A stretch of 64,000 nucleotides of DNA from a virus. Where the stretch lies: positions 23,024-87,023 of the IMG/VR virus record IMGVR_UViG_3300011254_000489. The stretch is one strand, 5' to 3'. Shown here one piece after another: positions 30,110 through 38,825 of the stretch. The notes beneath the pieces are model-generated. The model ran no database searches. It saw nothing but the letters and a program-made list of their open reading frames with translations, and was not told where the DNA came from. The stretch's first letter is position 1. Each line of letters begins with the position of its first letter. Both the position numbers and the translations under genes were made by a program.

Positions 30110-31627
30110 CTATTCCTCTTTAAGTACTGCGACTTCTGTAGATAAGAACATTAGAGCGATTGACATAGCGGCGGATAGACTGCTCTTAGTTACTTTAACA
30201 GGGTCAATGACTCCTTCTTCCCAAAGGTTTTCTACTTCTCCTGTTTTTGCATTGTAGCCTATTAGGTCACTAGGTTTGATATTGTCCCAAACTTCTTCGC
30301 TAGCATCTCCGTTCTGTAATAGAACACTAATTGGAGTCATAAAAACATCAGCAAGATATGGTAGATTAGGAATATCAATTTCTTTCTTCATTTCTTGGAA
30401 GGCCAATAACAAACCTAGACCTCCGCCAACAATAACTCCTTCTTGTAGTGCGGCCTTCGTAGCGTTTAGAGCGTCATCAAGCCTTTCTTTGGTTTCTCTT
30501 AATTCAACACTAGAACCGCCACCTACAGTTATTACTGCAATGCCTCCCTTTAATCTAGAAATTCTAGTGGTGAGTCTTTCCCTAATCCAATCATTGTTAG
30601 CAACCTTGTATAATTCAGTTAGTGCTTCTACTCTTTCTTGGGGATTTCCAATACCGCCTATGATTGTTGAATCAACTTGGTTCAATATGACCTTATCACA
30701 TTCGCCAAAGGAAGACTCATCAACAATTCGCAAATCATCCTTTGCTTCATCGGAGAATAATTTCCCCCCTACGACAGAAATAATATCTTTCAATTCATCT
30801 AGTCTAGCATCACCATGATTAGGGGCTTGTGTTACACCAATCTGTATTCTTCCTTGAACAACATTCGCTAATACATTAGATAGAGCAGAACCTCTTAAGT
30901 CTCCACAAATCAAATATAATGGGCGACTCTTAGAAGAAGCATACTCTAGCGCAGGAAGAATATCACTAAAGTTAATGATTGTCTTATTAGTACAGAACAC
31001 TAGGGGCTTCTCTAGAATACATTCGCCACTATCTTGATTAGCAAATAAGTGACTAGCATATCCATTATCTAACTCTAGACCTTCTTTTAATTCAAAATCT
31101 GTGCTTAGGCCATGTCCTTCTTCAACAGAAATAACTCCGTCTTTACCTACATGGGAAAATACTTCCGCAATCAATTCTCCCAAAACAGGGTCATTGTTAG
31201 CGGCAATTGTAGCAACATCTAGAATAGAATCATCGGTTACTGGTTCAGCCAAGTTATCTAGGTACAACATCATTTCATCCCTAACATACTCTAAATTATT
31301 TCTAATAGAATGTAGGTTGTTTAAGGGCATAGCCATGATAGAATTACAAAGAGACTGTGCTAAAACACAGGCCGTTGTTGTTCCATCACCTGCCTTAGAT
31401 TGTGCTTTGAATGCTAGATTCTGTACCAATTGGATTCCCATTTGAACATAAGGGTCTTCGTGACTAACATATTTAGCAATTGTTACACCATCATTGATGA
31501 CAACAGGCGGAGTACCCTGTAGGATAGCAGTACGGGCTTGTGGGCCTAGTGTTGGTCTAACAGTGTCAGCAACCAAATTGATGCCCTGTAGAATTTTTTC
31601 CTTTACTTCATTACCAAATAGAATCAT
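30110..31627 (-). CDS. groEL: Group I chaperonin GroEL
   Basis: TLGP, NDGVTIA, GDGTTT, VG.DGVI.VEEG, GG.AVI.VG, KERLDDALNAT.AA..EG..GGG, GVIDP.KV. Confidence 0.95.
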   Translation of the reverse strand: MILFGNEVKEKILQGINLVADTVRPTLGPQARTAILQGTPPVVINDGVTIAKYVSHEDPYVQMGIQLVQNLAFKAQSKAGDGTTTACVLAQSLCNSIMAMPLNNLHSIRNNLEYVRDEMMLYLDNLAEPVTDDSILDVATIAANNDPVLGELIAEVFSHVGKDGVISVEEGHGLSTDFELKEGLELDNGYASHLFANQDSGECILEKPLVFCTNKTIINFSDILPALEYASSKSRPLYLICGDLRGSALSNVLANVVQGRIQIGVTQAPNHGDARLDELKDIISVVGGKLFSDEAKDDLRIVDESSFGECDKVILNQVDSTIIGGIGNPQERVEALTELYKVANNDWIRERLTTRISRLKGGIAVITVGGGSSVELRETKERLDDALNATKAALQEGVIVGGGLGLLLAFQEMKKEIDIPNLPYLADVFMTPISVLLQNGDASEEVWDNIKPSDLIGYNAKTGEVENLWEEGVIDPVKVTKSSLSAAMSIALMFLSTEVAVLKEE

Positions 31628-31839
31628 TCTTTCACCCCGTAAATGTCACTGTATTGGACAAAGATAAATCCACGATTCTTCTTTGCTTTCTCTATAGAAT
31701 AGAAGATTGTTTTTCCTATCAAGGAAGAATCACATTGACAATCAATGACTGTCCCTTTGTTTTCTTCTAAGGAAATGATTCCGTGTGTACTCTCTTTCTC
31801 TTCGCTTTTAACGACGACCCAATCACCGACTGCTTTCAT
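31624..31839 (-). CDS. groES: Co-chaperonin GroES-like, shortened
   Basis: VGDWVVV...T.GII...G.V...DI.G; immediately upstream of groEL. Confidence 0.75.
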   Translation of the reverse strand: MKAVGDWVVVKSEEKESTHGIISLEENKGTVIDCQCDSSLIGKTIFYSIEKAKKNRGFIFVQYSDIYGVKE

Positions 31840-31879
31840 ATTCTAATCATCACATCAAGAGTATATATTGTTTCCCAAA

Positions 31880-32104
31880 TTATCTCTTACTTTTCTTTCC
31901 ATCGTGCATGATGAGATGTGAAGCCGCTTCTAGGTATTGCCTAACCATTGTTGTTTTTTTACCCAACCAAATATGATAGGTTGCACTTTTGCAGTCTAGG
32001 CAATAATACAAACGGTTCTTTTTCTTAACCTTGATTATCTCAAAGTTTTCACTTTTACAATTAAAACACTTCACGCCGTCACCTCCACACCACAAGCAAT
32101 ACAT
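31880..32104 (-). CDS. Zinc-ribbon protein
   Basis: Three CxxC pairs. Confidence 0.5.
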   Translation of the reverse strand: MYCLWCGGDGVKCFNCKSENFEIIKVKKKNRLYYCLDCKSATYHIWLGKKTTMVRQYLEAASHLIMHDGKKSKR

Positions 32105-32165
32105 TTACCATCCACTACTCTGTTCTTATAGAGGGCAATATCGCAGTTAGGACAATTCTTCACAA

Positions 32166-32381
32166 TCAAGCCTCCATACCATTAACACTAACCATGTTAG
32201 CAAATTCCCATTGATGGAACATTTCATGTCCACCAATAAAACCACCTGCTTCTCTAATAGGCCCAATAAATTGTGCAGAACAAATTTGACAATACACCAT
32301 TACTATTCTTTCATCAATATGTGAACCTACTTTTGTTTCGTAAGAAATTATTTTTCCTATATCTTTTTCTGTATAAGTCAT
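32166..32381 (-). CDS. C2H2-like zinc-finger protein
   Basis: CQIC...F...H...H. Confidence 0.55.
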   Translation of the reverse strand: MTYTEKDIGKIISYETKVGSHIDERIVMVYCQICSAQFIGPIREAGGFIGGHEMFHQWEFANMVSVNGMEA

Positions 32382-32923
32382 TCTTCTTCCCCTCCAATAA
32401 AACCTTTATTCATGTGTTGAATTCTTGTTGAGAATTCGTCAATACTTTCGTAGGTAATTATCTTTAGTAGTTCGGGTAGTTTATTACTCCAAACTCCATA
32501 ATGGTCATACCCACCTAGAACATAGGCGGATTCCATCTTGGCTCCCCAAATTCTAATTGTTCTCCAATCAACCCCACTGAAATAAGCACTACCGAAAGGA
32601 TGCGTATGTATCCAACACTTAATCGGTAACTTCATCCCTACAGGGTTAATTTGAAAATCAACATAGCCCGATGAACCACTAGAAATATGTAGATTCCAAT
32701 TAGCATCAACTACTACCTGTACTTCTAAGTTAGGCAATATCACTGTAGACGCTTCCCAAATCGCTGAATGGAATGTGGTGTGTTTTATTATTTCTTCACC
32801 GTCTTGGTTTATTAACATCTCATCAAAGACTCCTTGAATGTAAGGCTCAACTAAACCTCTTAATTCCTGTAGATGTTTCGCTTTTAGCAATTCAACTGAA
32901 TTCATTGTTGTTCTACTACTCAT
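32378..32923 (-). CDS. JAB/MPN+ (JAMM) metallopeptidase
   Basis: E(VQV)...WIHTHP..SAYFSGVD, i.e. E-HxH-x7-S-x2-D. Confidence 0.88.
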   Translation of the reverse strand: MSSRTTMNSVELLKAKHLQELRGLVEPYIQGVFDEMLINQDGEEIIKHTTFHSAIWEASTVILPNLEVQVVVDANWNLHISSGSSGYVDFQINPVGMKLPIKCWIHTHPFGSAYFSGVDWRTIRIWGAKMESAYVLGGYDHYGVWSNKLPELLKIITYESIDEFSTRIQHMNKGFIGGEEE

Positions 32924-33095
32924 TTTAAATTCCTCCATTTAAAAAATAACCAAAATATAGAAGTGAAAGGACTCCTGCTGAAAACAAAAAACAAGTATAA
33001 CAAGTGTAAATTAAAAGTATTCCAGTAGTAAATTCCTCTAAAGTTAGTTTTTTATTGTTTTCTGTTTCTATATCATATACTCCCATATTATCACC

Positions 33096-33650
33096 TCAAA
33101 CATTTATCACGGCAAAGCCGTTTACTTCTTCATCATTAAACCAACGCTGAATCCATTCAGCACCCATTCCTGCAATAGCAACCTGTAAGAAATGTACTCC
33201 TTCTGTAGAGCCATCCCATGAATCACCTTGACAGGAAAAACTACCATCCGGCCCTGCTAGCATAGTATCATACATTTTAGGGTCGGCCTTGTAGGATACA
33301 TAGGCGGCGTTCCTTGCTTGGGAGCGAAGGTCTAGCCACGCTATGTTTGAACGGTATAGCATCCTTCGTGCGGATAGATTATCCACACAACATACTACCA
33401 AATCATATCCTTGTATTTGCCCGTCTGTTAGGATAGGGAATTTACTTGGACTGATGGGATACCTCTTTTGTAGGGCCATCACTTTCAATTCACCCACTTC
33501 ATCTTCCGTGAAGTTTTGGTAAGGTAGGTTCTTTGTATCTACGGTGTCGGGGTCACTTACGCTAATCGTGTAAAGGCCCGTCTTATCTAGTAGTGGGATT
33601 AGAAAACTTCCAATTCCACCGGCTCCAATTATCAATATTTTTCTATTCAT
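33096..33650 (-). CDS. ThiF/E1-like ubiquitin-activating (adenylation) enzyme
   Basis: IGAGGIGS, D.D.V...NL..Q, G..K, VCCVDN..AR. Confidence 0.88.
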   Translation of the reverse strand: MNRKILIIGAGGIGSFLIPLLDKTGLYTISVSDPDTVDTKNLPYQNFTEDEVGELKVMALQKRYPISPSKFPILTDGQIQGYDLVVCCVDNLSARRMLYRSNIAWLDLRSQARNAAYVSYKADPKMYDTMLAGPDGSFSCQGDSWDGSTEGVHFLQVAIAGMGAEWIQRWFNDEEVNGFAVINV

Positions 33651-33909
33651 TTTTATTCCTCCAATCTTCAAATGCTGATTGTGATTCTTTCATGGTATAT
33701 GACATACTTATCATACTAGCAAGTCCTCTGTATAATTCATCTTGAATTGACGCATCAAACTGAGAAAACAGTGGGGCTAACATCATTCTAGTTGCCGTCA
33801 CATAACAATTACATTCACGACAAACTCTATCTTCAAACTTAGTTAGAATCGGTTGAGGGTTATTCCCTTCCCAAGTCTCCATTTCTTTTTCACATATTTT
33901 ACATTTCAT
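33643..33909 (-). CDS. Zinc-finger protein
   Basis: CKIC...GNNP.P...C..CN motif. Confidence 0.6.
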   Translation of the reverse strand: MKCKICEKEMETWEGNNPQPILTKFEDRVCRECNCYVTATRMMLAPLFSQFDASIQDELYRGLASMISMSYTMKESQSAFEDWRNKNE

Positions 33910-33910
33910 A

Positions 33911-34735
33911 TTACCATATCCATTGTGTTCCTTGTCCTTTTATTTCGGACTCTGTTTTACCTACTGTTCGTAGGAGTTTTTTTGTTGTATCTCTACAAGT
34001 GCGACTAGTCACACCTACAACATCACCAACTTCTTTTTGAGTTAGTTGTTTAAATTCGCAAAGATTTGCTATGTAGAGTATCCCCGCTACTGCGCTTTTA
34101 TTTAGAGTAAGAGTACGCATTTCGTATTCCCTCTCAAAGAAGGAAAGTAACATACTACAGGTACTAGCAAAATACCTGTCCCCTAATTGAAGGGAATACT
34201 TCTCTACCAAAGAATCAAGAGATTGAATAAAGACTCCACTATTCTTAAAATGCTTTGAAATCTTCTTGGCTACTTTAGCAACCAACCTTTGGTTAGAGCC
34301 GTACTCAGCACAGACTTCTTTTAGAGTGAAGGGCAGATTTCTTTCCCTTAATACATAATACACCAAAGCACTAGCCCTATCTTCATAAGTAGATTGACTA
34401 AATATCCCTGCTCTAAAACAAGTCATGTAGGCGTTTTCTACTCTCTCCATTTGGCTCTTTGAATTAGTCAAAGAAGACATTAACATTTTAGAGAAACCCA
34501 AACCTACATCAACATGGCTTCGCTTACCCCTTTCGTATCTATGAACGGGCCTAGAGCCTAGAGTTCTATCTCCATGCCTAATAATTTCTCCATCATGAGT
34601 AAATAGAGAAACCGTTTGGTCAAAGGGTTCAGTTACTACAATCAACCCACAGTCTTGACATTCCTTCTCGCCCATGTATTCGTTGTACGAAAAAACAGTA
34701 CTGTTACATTCAGTACAATTAATCAAGGTTCTCAC
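33911..34735 (-). CDS. tfb: Transcription initiation factor B (TFB/TFIIB) homologue
   Basis: N-terminal zinc ribbon CTEC...GE..C.DCG.V; two cyclin repeats; C-terminal HTH TQKEVG.VVGVT..T. Confidence 0.88.
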   Translation of the reverse strand: MRTLINCTECNSTVFSYNEYMGEKECQDCGLIVVTEPFDQTVSLFTHDGEIIRHGDRTLGSRPVHRYERGKRSHVDVGLGFSKMLMSSLTNSKSQMERVENAYMTCFRAGIFSQSTYEDRASALVYYVLRERNLPFTLKEVCAEYGSNQRLVAKVAKKISKHFKNSGVFIQSLDSLVEKYSLQLGDRYFASTCSMLLSFFEREYEMRTLTLNKSAVAGILYIANLCEFKQLTQKEVGDVVGVTSRTCRDTTKKLLRTVGKTESEIKGQGTQWIW

Positions 34736-35936
34736 TCTCTACGGGTTCTACATATCTTTCTATGTGGTTAGCATAAGCAATTTCCAACCTACTGTTATCA
34801 TCCACCAATTCAAAATTTATTCTATGTGAAGCAGAAGGAATACTCTTCATGGTAGAGACTCTTTGTTTAGTCATTCTGTCATTAATACAGACCAACAATC
34901 TAGTTACTAGTTGGTCATGTATAGGAGAATTGTTTTGAAGGTTATCAACACAAACTCCGTTCCATTTGTAGTCTCCTTCAAGAGATAAGAAAGCAGTTGA
35001 TACCAATTGCCTACCCGACGATTTCCTATTACTATTCCAAGTGAATAACCAATCGTTATCTATTCCTTTGACTAGTAGATATTGTTCGCTTGTTTCTTTA
35101 TCGCTCAACATCTTGACTTTATTCTTATACTTAGCAAGCGTTTGCTCTAACAAAATTTCTGCCCTATCTTCTATTAATTTAGAAGTCCTATTCTGTTCTA
35201 AAAAGGCAATCATAACATCGGAGTCCGATTCAGTTATCTGCTTACCCATCAATAAGAAGTACAATTTTTGCGGCGAAAGAAATTTCCAAGAACCTCTATT
35301 GTGTCCATGTAAATAGTGTCCTAAATACTTAGACAAGTCTTTGAATGAAATAGTACCCCAAACAGAATCACTTATCTCTATGGCTACTTTATCATCACTT
35401 ATTTGTTTAGCATTTAGTCTAACATTAACTCTTCTCCCGTTATTAAAGAAGTAATAGGGTACTCTATTTTCAAGAACATGGCTAATCTCGTAAGGAGTAT
35501 TGCATATCCTGTAGAATAACATCATCGTTTCCGACCTACTCATGTCATTATTTACACGGTAGAGGAATCTAGATAGATTGTAGAAAATCTCTCTCTTAGT
35601 ACCCTTCAAACCATTAATAGAAATTGGTGTTTCGTTGGTTACTATAACTGAGAAGTCGTTTATTACAAATTCTAGATAGTCCTTTGGACTATTAGTTATG
35701 TCTCTCATCATTCCTTTAATTTTTTCAGCAAAAGAGACTATTAAAGAATCTAGTGAGGTATTTACTTGGTTCGCCCTACCATTAAAGTAGTGAGTAACAG
35801 TACTTGCATGTCCATTCCGTATAATTTGAACAGTTCCCCGTATAATTTTCTTCTCTCGGTACTGGCCGTCACTGTGTAAGGGGAGTTCTAGGCTTTTTTT
35901 CTCTGTATTATAATTTATAATTGTTGATTCGGTCAT
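34719..35936 (-). CDS. Hypothetical protein (405 aa), C-terminal conserved-looking Cys motif, possible E2-like
   Basis: GVCVD....SP..DQ...R.L...ND near C-terminus; located inside the E1/JAB/Ubl cluster. Confidence 0.5.
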   Translation of the reverse strand: MTESTIINYNTEKKSLELPLHSDGQYREKKIIRGTVQIIRNGHASTVTHYFNGRANQVNTSLDSLIVSFAEKIKGMMRDITNSPKDYLEFVINDFSVIVTNETPISINGLKGTKREIFYNLSRFLYRVNNDMSRSETMMLFYRICNTPYEISHVLENRVPYYFFNNGRRVNVRLNAKQISDDKVAIEISDSVWGTISFKDLSKYLGHYLHGHNRGSWKFLSPQKLYFLLMGKQITESDSDVMIAFLEQNRTSKLIEDRAEILLEQTLAKYKNKVKMLSDKETSEQYLLVKGIDNDWLFTWNSNRKSSGRQLVSTAFLSLEGDYKWNGVCVDNLQNNSPIHDQLVTRLLVCINDRMTKQRVSTMKSIPSASHRINFELVDDNSRLEIAYANHIERYVEPVESENLD

Positions 35937-35940
35937 ATTA

Positions 35941-36099
35941 TCACATCATTCTCATTTTTGTTTTGTAATTGTTTACACATTCTTCATGTGCTTCTATTTT
36001 CATATCTTGTGGAGTTAGTAAAGAGCCTCCACAAACTCTGCATTTTGTCGCTATCTTGCGACCTCTTGAATTGTCTGTATAGTTTGGATTGTTTGACAT
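35941..36099 (-). CDS. Small zinc-finger protein (52 aa)
   Basis: CRVCGG.L...H..C. Confidence 0.55.
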   Translation of the reverse strand: MSNNPNYTDNSRGRKIATKCRVCGGSLLTPQDMKIEAHEECVNNYKTKMRMM

Positions 36100-36101
36100 A
36101 T

Positions 36102-36392
36102 TTAACCCTCTAATTTATTTACTTCGTGGTATTTAACATATACATCAAAATCTTTAATGTATTTTGCTAAGTATTGGTTAAACCCAATAGTCACGGCTTC
36201 ATCAATATCAAAAAGATAATTCTTTAATTTAGAATTTAAGAAGAAGACTTGTTCTTTTTCGTCGTCAATCAACAACGAATGTCGTAGTGCCGTCTCAACG
36301 AATAATTGCCCCTCCACCGATAACATAGGTAGAAGTGACTTAACTACTGCTCTACAATGAGCAAAGTTACGATAGAGGGGCATAAGCACCAC
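36102..36392 (-). CDS. Hypothetical protein
   Basis: ORF in operon. Confidence 0.5.
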   Translation of the reverse strand: MVLMPLYRNFAHCRAVVKSLLPMLSVEGQLFVETALRHSLLIDDEKEQVFFLNSKLKNYLFDIDEAVTIGFNQYLAKYIKDFDVYVKYHEVNKLEG

Positions 36393-36429
36393 GGTTTAAG
36401 GGATGGTTTTATTCATCAACAAGGGGGGT

Positions 36430-36636
36430 TCAACAGGAACCTCCAACAATAGCAGGAGTCAAGTCCACGCTACTAACAGTATCCCAATTGATTGTGTTAA
36501 TGTCTTGGCGGCTTACCATCTCACCATCAACGAAAACCCAATGTGTGGGGTGTGTTTCAATTTGTTCTACAACCTTCTCTACTGAGAGTTGCAATTCAGT
36601 GTGTCCTGTTTCATTTAAAATCGTTAGTGTAATCAT
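36430..36636 (-). CDS. Ubiquitin-like beta-grasp protein (SAMP/ThiS/MoaD-like) with C-terminal GG plus SC extension
   Basis: 68 aa; VFVDG and V.L.PAIVGG terminal strand typical of ThiS/MoaD/SAMP; GAGGTGA RBS; E1 and JAB nearby. Confidence 0.75.
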   Translation of the reverse strand: MITLTILNETGHTELQLSVEKVVEQIETHPTHWVFVDGEMVSRQDINTINWDTVSSVDLTPAIVGGSC

Positions 36637-36637
36637 T

Positions 36638-37798
36638 TTAATTCACCTCTGTTTTGTTCACCTTGTCATGACTATTTAAGCCATCCCCTTTGTTAGCGGA
36701 AATCCAAACGGTTGCTTGTCTTTTTGTCACTTTTTCGCTACCGTCATATCCTAAGTTTTTCATGTATTGGATTTGGTTACTTGTTGCCGCTTCCATACAT
36801 TTAGTTAATGTTTCAATTTGCCTTTGGGATAGAGCATTACCCCAATTAGAATTCTTCAATTTGATTTCTATATCCCGAAGGAAGTTAGTTGTCCAATCAT
36901 CAAAGGGAAGATTATTCTTCACTTCGTAGTAATTACTAATCCCAAAGAATTCCATCTTATTAGAAATATTGCGAGAATATTTCCTCTCACGAATCCTATC
37001 CACTTCGGCCATTTTCTTTTCCATAATAGCATCTTCCTCAGTAATCATAGCAATGGTTTCTCTTGATGAATAATAAAAATCATCTAAATCCTCTAACAGT
37101 TTTTTGTTGGGGTAGCCCTTAGTATTAATTTGTGCTTTGTGGTTATCGGGATGATTCCATCGCCATACAATAGAAGCCATTTCTCCATCCATAGCCCTTT
37201 TACGAATATAGGTCTTAGGACGATGAGTATTTAGTTTCTCATCCCAATAGAACCCTTTACTTCTAACATTGACTCGCAAATCTAAGTCCTTAATCTTGTT
37301 GAATTTAAATTCAAAGATTGAACCATTAGTAGCCCACCAAGCAGTTTTCTTCATGCCTTCAATCCGAACATTAATCCATTGGTCAATCATTTCATCAGTA
37401 ATGTATTCATCCTCAAGACCTGTCGCCTCTTTGATTGCTCTAAGGATTAGATAGGAATTGATGTGGTCGCTACCAACACATTCCTTTCTACCGTTCTCAG
37501 TATTCTCTATTTCAAAATGGTAAATAATACGATGGCCGCATAGACAACTACCATATCCCATGCTAGAATTCATAACCCACAGAGGGGCATCTTCGGCTCT
37601 ATCGCCACCATATTGTGACCACCAAACATTACCTGTAGCCAACCACTCTAATTTAGCATCGTCGTAATTGTCTGCATTAGAAAGGCGTGTAAGAGCCTCT
37701 TTCAAAGCCCTATCCCATCGTCCATTTCCTAGTCTTCTTTTAGGTTGAATAGTCTCTCTTTCGTAACTTAATTCAATTGCTTCTCTCGGTATATCCAT
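36638..37798 (-). CDS. Hypothetical protein with CxCG..I...I.N...VGSxH zinc motif
   Basis: Motif seen directly; C-terminal AT..Q..Y...LG...TK..A...I helical motif. Confidence 0.6.
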   Translation of the reverse strand: MDIPREAIELSYERETIQPKRRLGNGRWDRALKEALTRLSNADNYDDAKLEWLATGNVWWSQYGGDRAEDAPLWVMNSSMGYGSCLCGHRIIYHFEIENTENGRKECVGSDHINSYLILRAIKEATGLEDEYITDEMIDQWINVRIEGMKKTAWWATNGSIFEFKFNKIKDLDLRVNVRSKGFYWDEKLNTHRPKTYIRKRAMDGEMASIVWRWNHPDNHKAQINTKGYPNKKLLEDLDDFYYSSRETIAMITEEDAIMEKKMAEVDRIRERKYSRNISNKMEFFGISNYYEVKNNLPFDDWTTNFLRDIEIKLKNSNWGNALSQRQIETLTKCMEAATSNQIQYMKNLGYDGSEKVTKRQATVWISANKGDGLNSHDKVNKTEVN

Positions 37799-37799
37799 T

Positions 37800-37970
37800 T
37801 TAATTCTCTCCTAATTCGTATTGTTCTTTCTTTGGTAGACATTTGTTATGTTTGACTTTCAAACCGTCTCTGCTAGGTATAATCCTAGCACATTGTTTAC
37901 AGGTAGCCAATGTGCAATGGTCGCAATCGGTTACTGTCTTAGTGCTATCACATGCTCCACAAGTACTCAT
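37800..37970 (-). CDS. Binuclear zinc-finger protein (56 aa; C2-C2-C2-HC)
   Basis: MSTCGAC-x8-CDHC-x4-CKQC-x13-HNKC; not in ORF track; coupled to neighbours. Confidence 0.6.
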   Translation of the reverse strand: MSTCGACDSTKTVTDCDHCTLATCKQCARIIPSRDGLKVKHNKCLPKKEQYELGEN

Positions 37971-38221
37971 TCCATCATCTCCCTGTCTTCTTTTTCAAAC
38001 TTATGCGCTTCACTAAGATAACTATTCAAGATGAAGTCCATCTTCTCTTGTAGTGCTTCAATGACTCCTGCAATTGTTCTTCGCTTTAGACTAATCCAAA
38101 GTCTATGGTAAGTATTCAATACCACCTTAACTCCATCATCTTCTCCTTGCGTTATAACAATGGGAGGCATATCCTCACTGTCTATTATTCTAAATTCTAC
38201 TTTTTCATTCATGTTTATCAT
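37967..38221 (-). CDS. Hypothetical protein
   Basis: ORF in operon. Confidence 0.5.
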   Translation of the reverse strand: MINMNEKVEFRIIDSEDMPPIVITQGEDDGVKVVLNTYHRLWISLKRRTIAGVIEALQEKMDFILNSYLSEAHKFEKEDREMME

Positions 38222-38588
38222 TCCTTATTATTTTATTATTTATATCCATTACTTGGGCTTGTATTTTATCTTGGAAGAGTTTCAATAGCCCAAGTATATT
38301 CTTCAATATTTGTTCTTCCATAGACTTCACTTGTTCTTTTGCTACATTTTCAGCAATATCTCTTGTCATAGATTCAACTATAGTATCAAACATGGAAAAT
38401 TTCTCTTCCATTCTTTCTATTCTAGTTTGTAGAGCAAGATATTCTGTTTGTTTCCTTTTGTTTGCGGATTGAACCGCACTACTTTGTTTTCTCATAGAGC
38501 GACATTTTGTGCAAATGCTACCCTTTCTTTCTCCTTCAAATTTTAAAGAGGTTGGTTTAAATTCTATTTCACATACTATACATTTCAT
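38205..38588 (-). CDS. Zinc-finger plus coiled-coil protein
   Basis: CIVC...CTKC followed by heptad pattern. Confidence 0.55.
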   Translation of the reverse strand: MKCIVCEIEFKPTSLKFEGERKGSICTKCRSMRKQSSAVQSANKRKQTEYLALQTRIERMEEKFSMFDTIVESMTRDIAENVAKEQVKSMEEQILKNILGLLKLFQDKIQAQVMDINNKIIRNDKHE

Positions 38589-38608
38589 TTTTATTCCTCA
38601 TTTATATT

Positions 38609-38651
38609 GGGCCTTGCACCCTTTCGGCAATCATTTAACACTGCTACACTA
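38609..38651 (-). ncRNA. Candidate structured RNA motif, copy B, directly 3' of tRNA-Leu
   Basis: AGTGTA-stem(GCAGT/ATTGC)-CGAAA-GGGTGCAAGGCCC. Confidence 0.45.
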
Positions 38652-38657
38652 TTTGAA

Positions 38658-38744
38658 TGGTGTCGGAGGCAGGATTTGAACCTGCGAATCAATATGAACA
38701 GGAGTTTAAGCCCTGCGCCTTTGACCAAACTCGGCTACTCCGAC
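38658..38744 (-). tRNA. tRNA-Leu(TAA)
   Basis: GTCGGAG/CTCCGAC acceptor stem, anticodon loop CT-TAA-AC, long variable arm, GGTTCAAATCC T-arm, encoded CCA. Confidence 0.9.
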
Positions 38745-38750
38745 TTGAAT

Positions 38751-38825
38751 TGGCGGGCATAACAGGAATTGAACCCGTATCTTCGGCTTAGAAGGCCAAA
38801 ATGCTATCCATTACACCATATGCCC
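38751..38825 (-). tRNA. tRNA-Arg(TCT)
   Basis: GGGCATA/TATGCCC acceptor stem, anticodon loop CT-TCT-AA, GGTTCAATTCC T-arm, encoded CCA. Confidence 0.92.

Noticed and set aside
32378-36636. ThiF/ThiS thiamine or molybdopterin biosynthesis operon
   Set aside because: No ThiG, MoaE, cysteine desulfurase or rhodanese in the window; a sulfur-carrier role using host enzymes is not fully excluded
38658-38825. tRNA as prophage attachment site / host-virus junction
   Set aside because: Viral-type genes continue on both sides with the same strand and composition; no integrase seen
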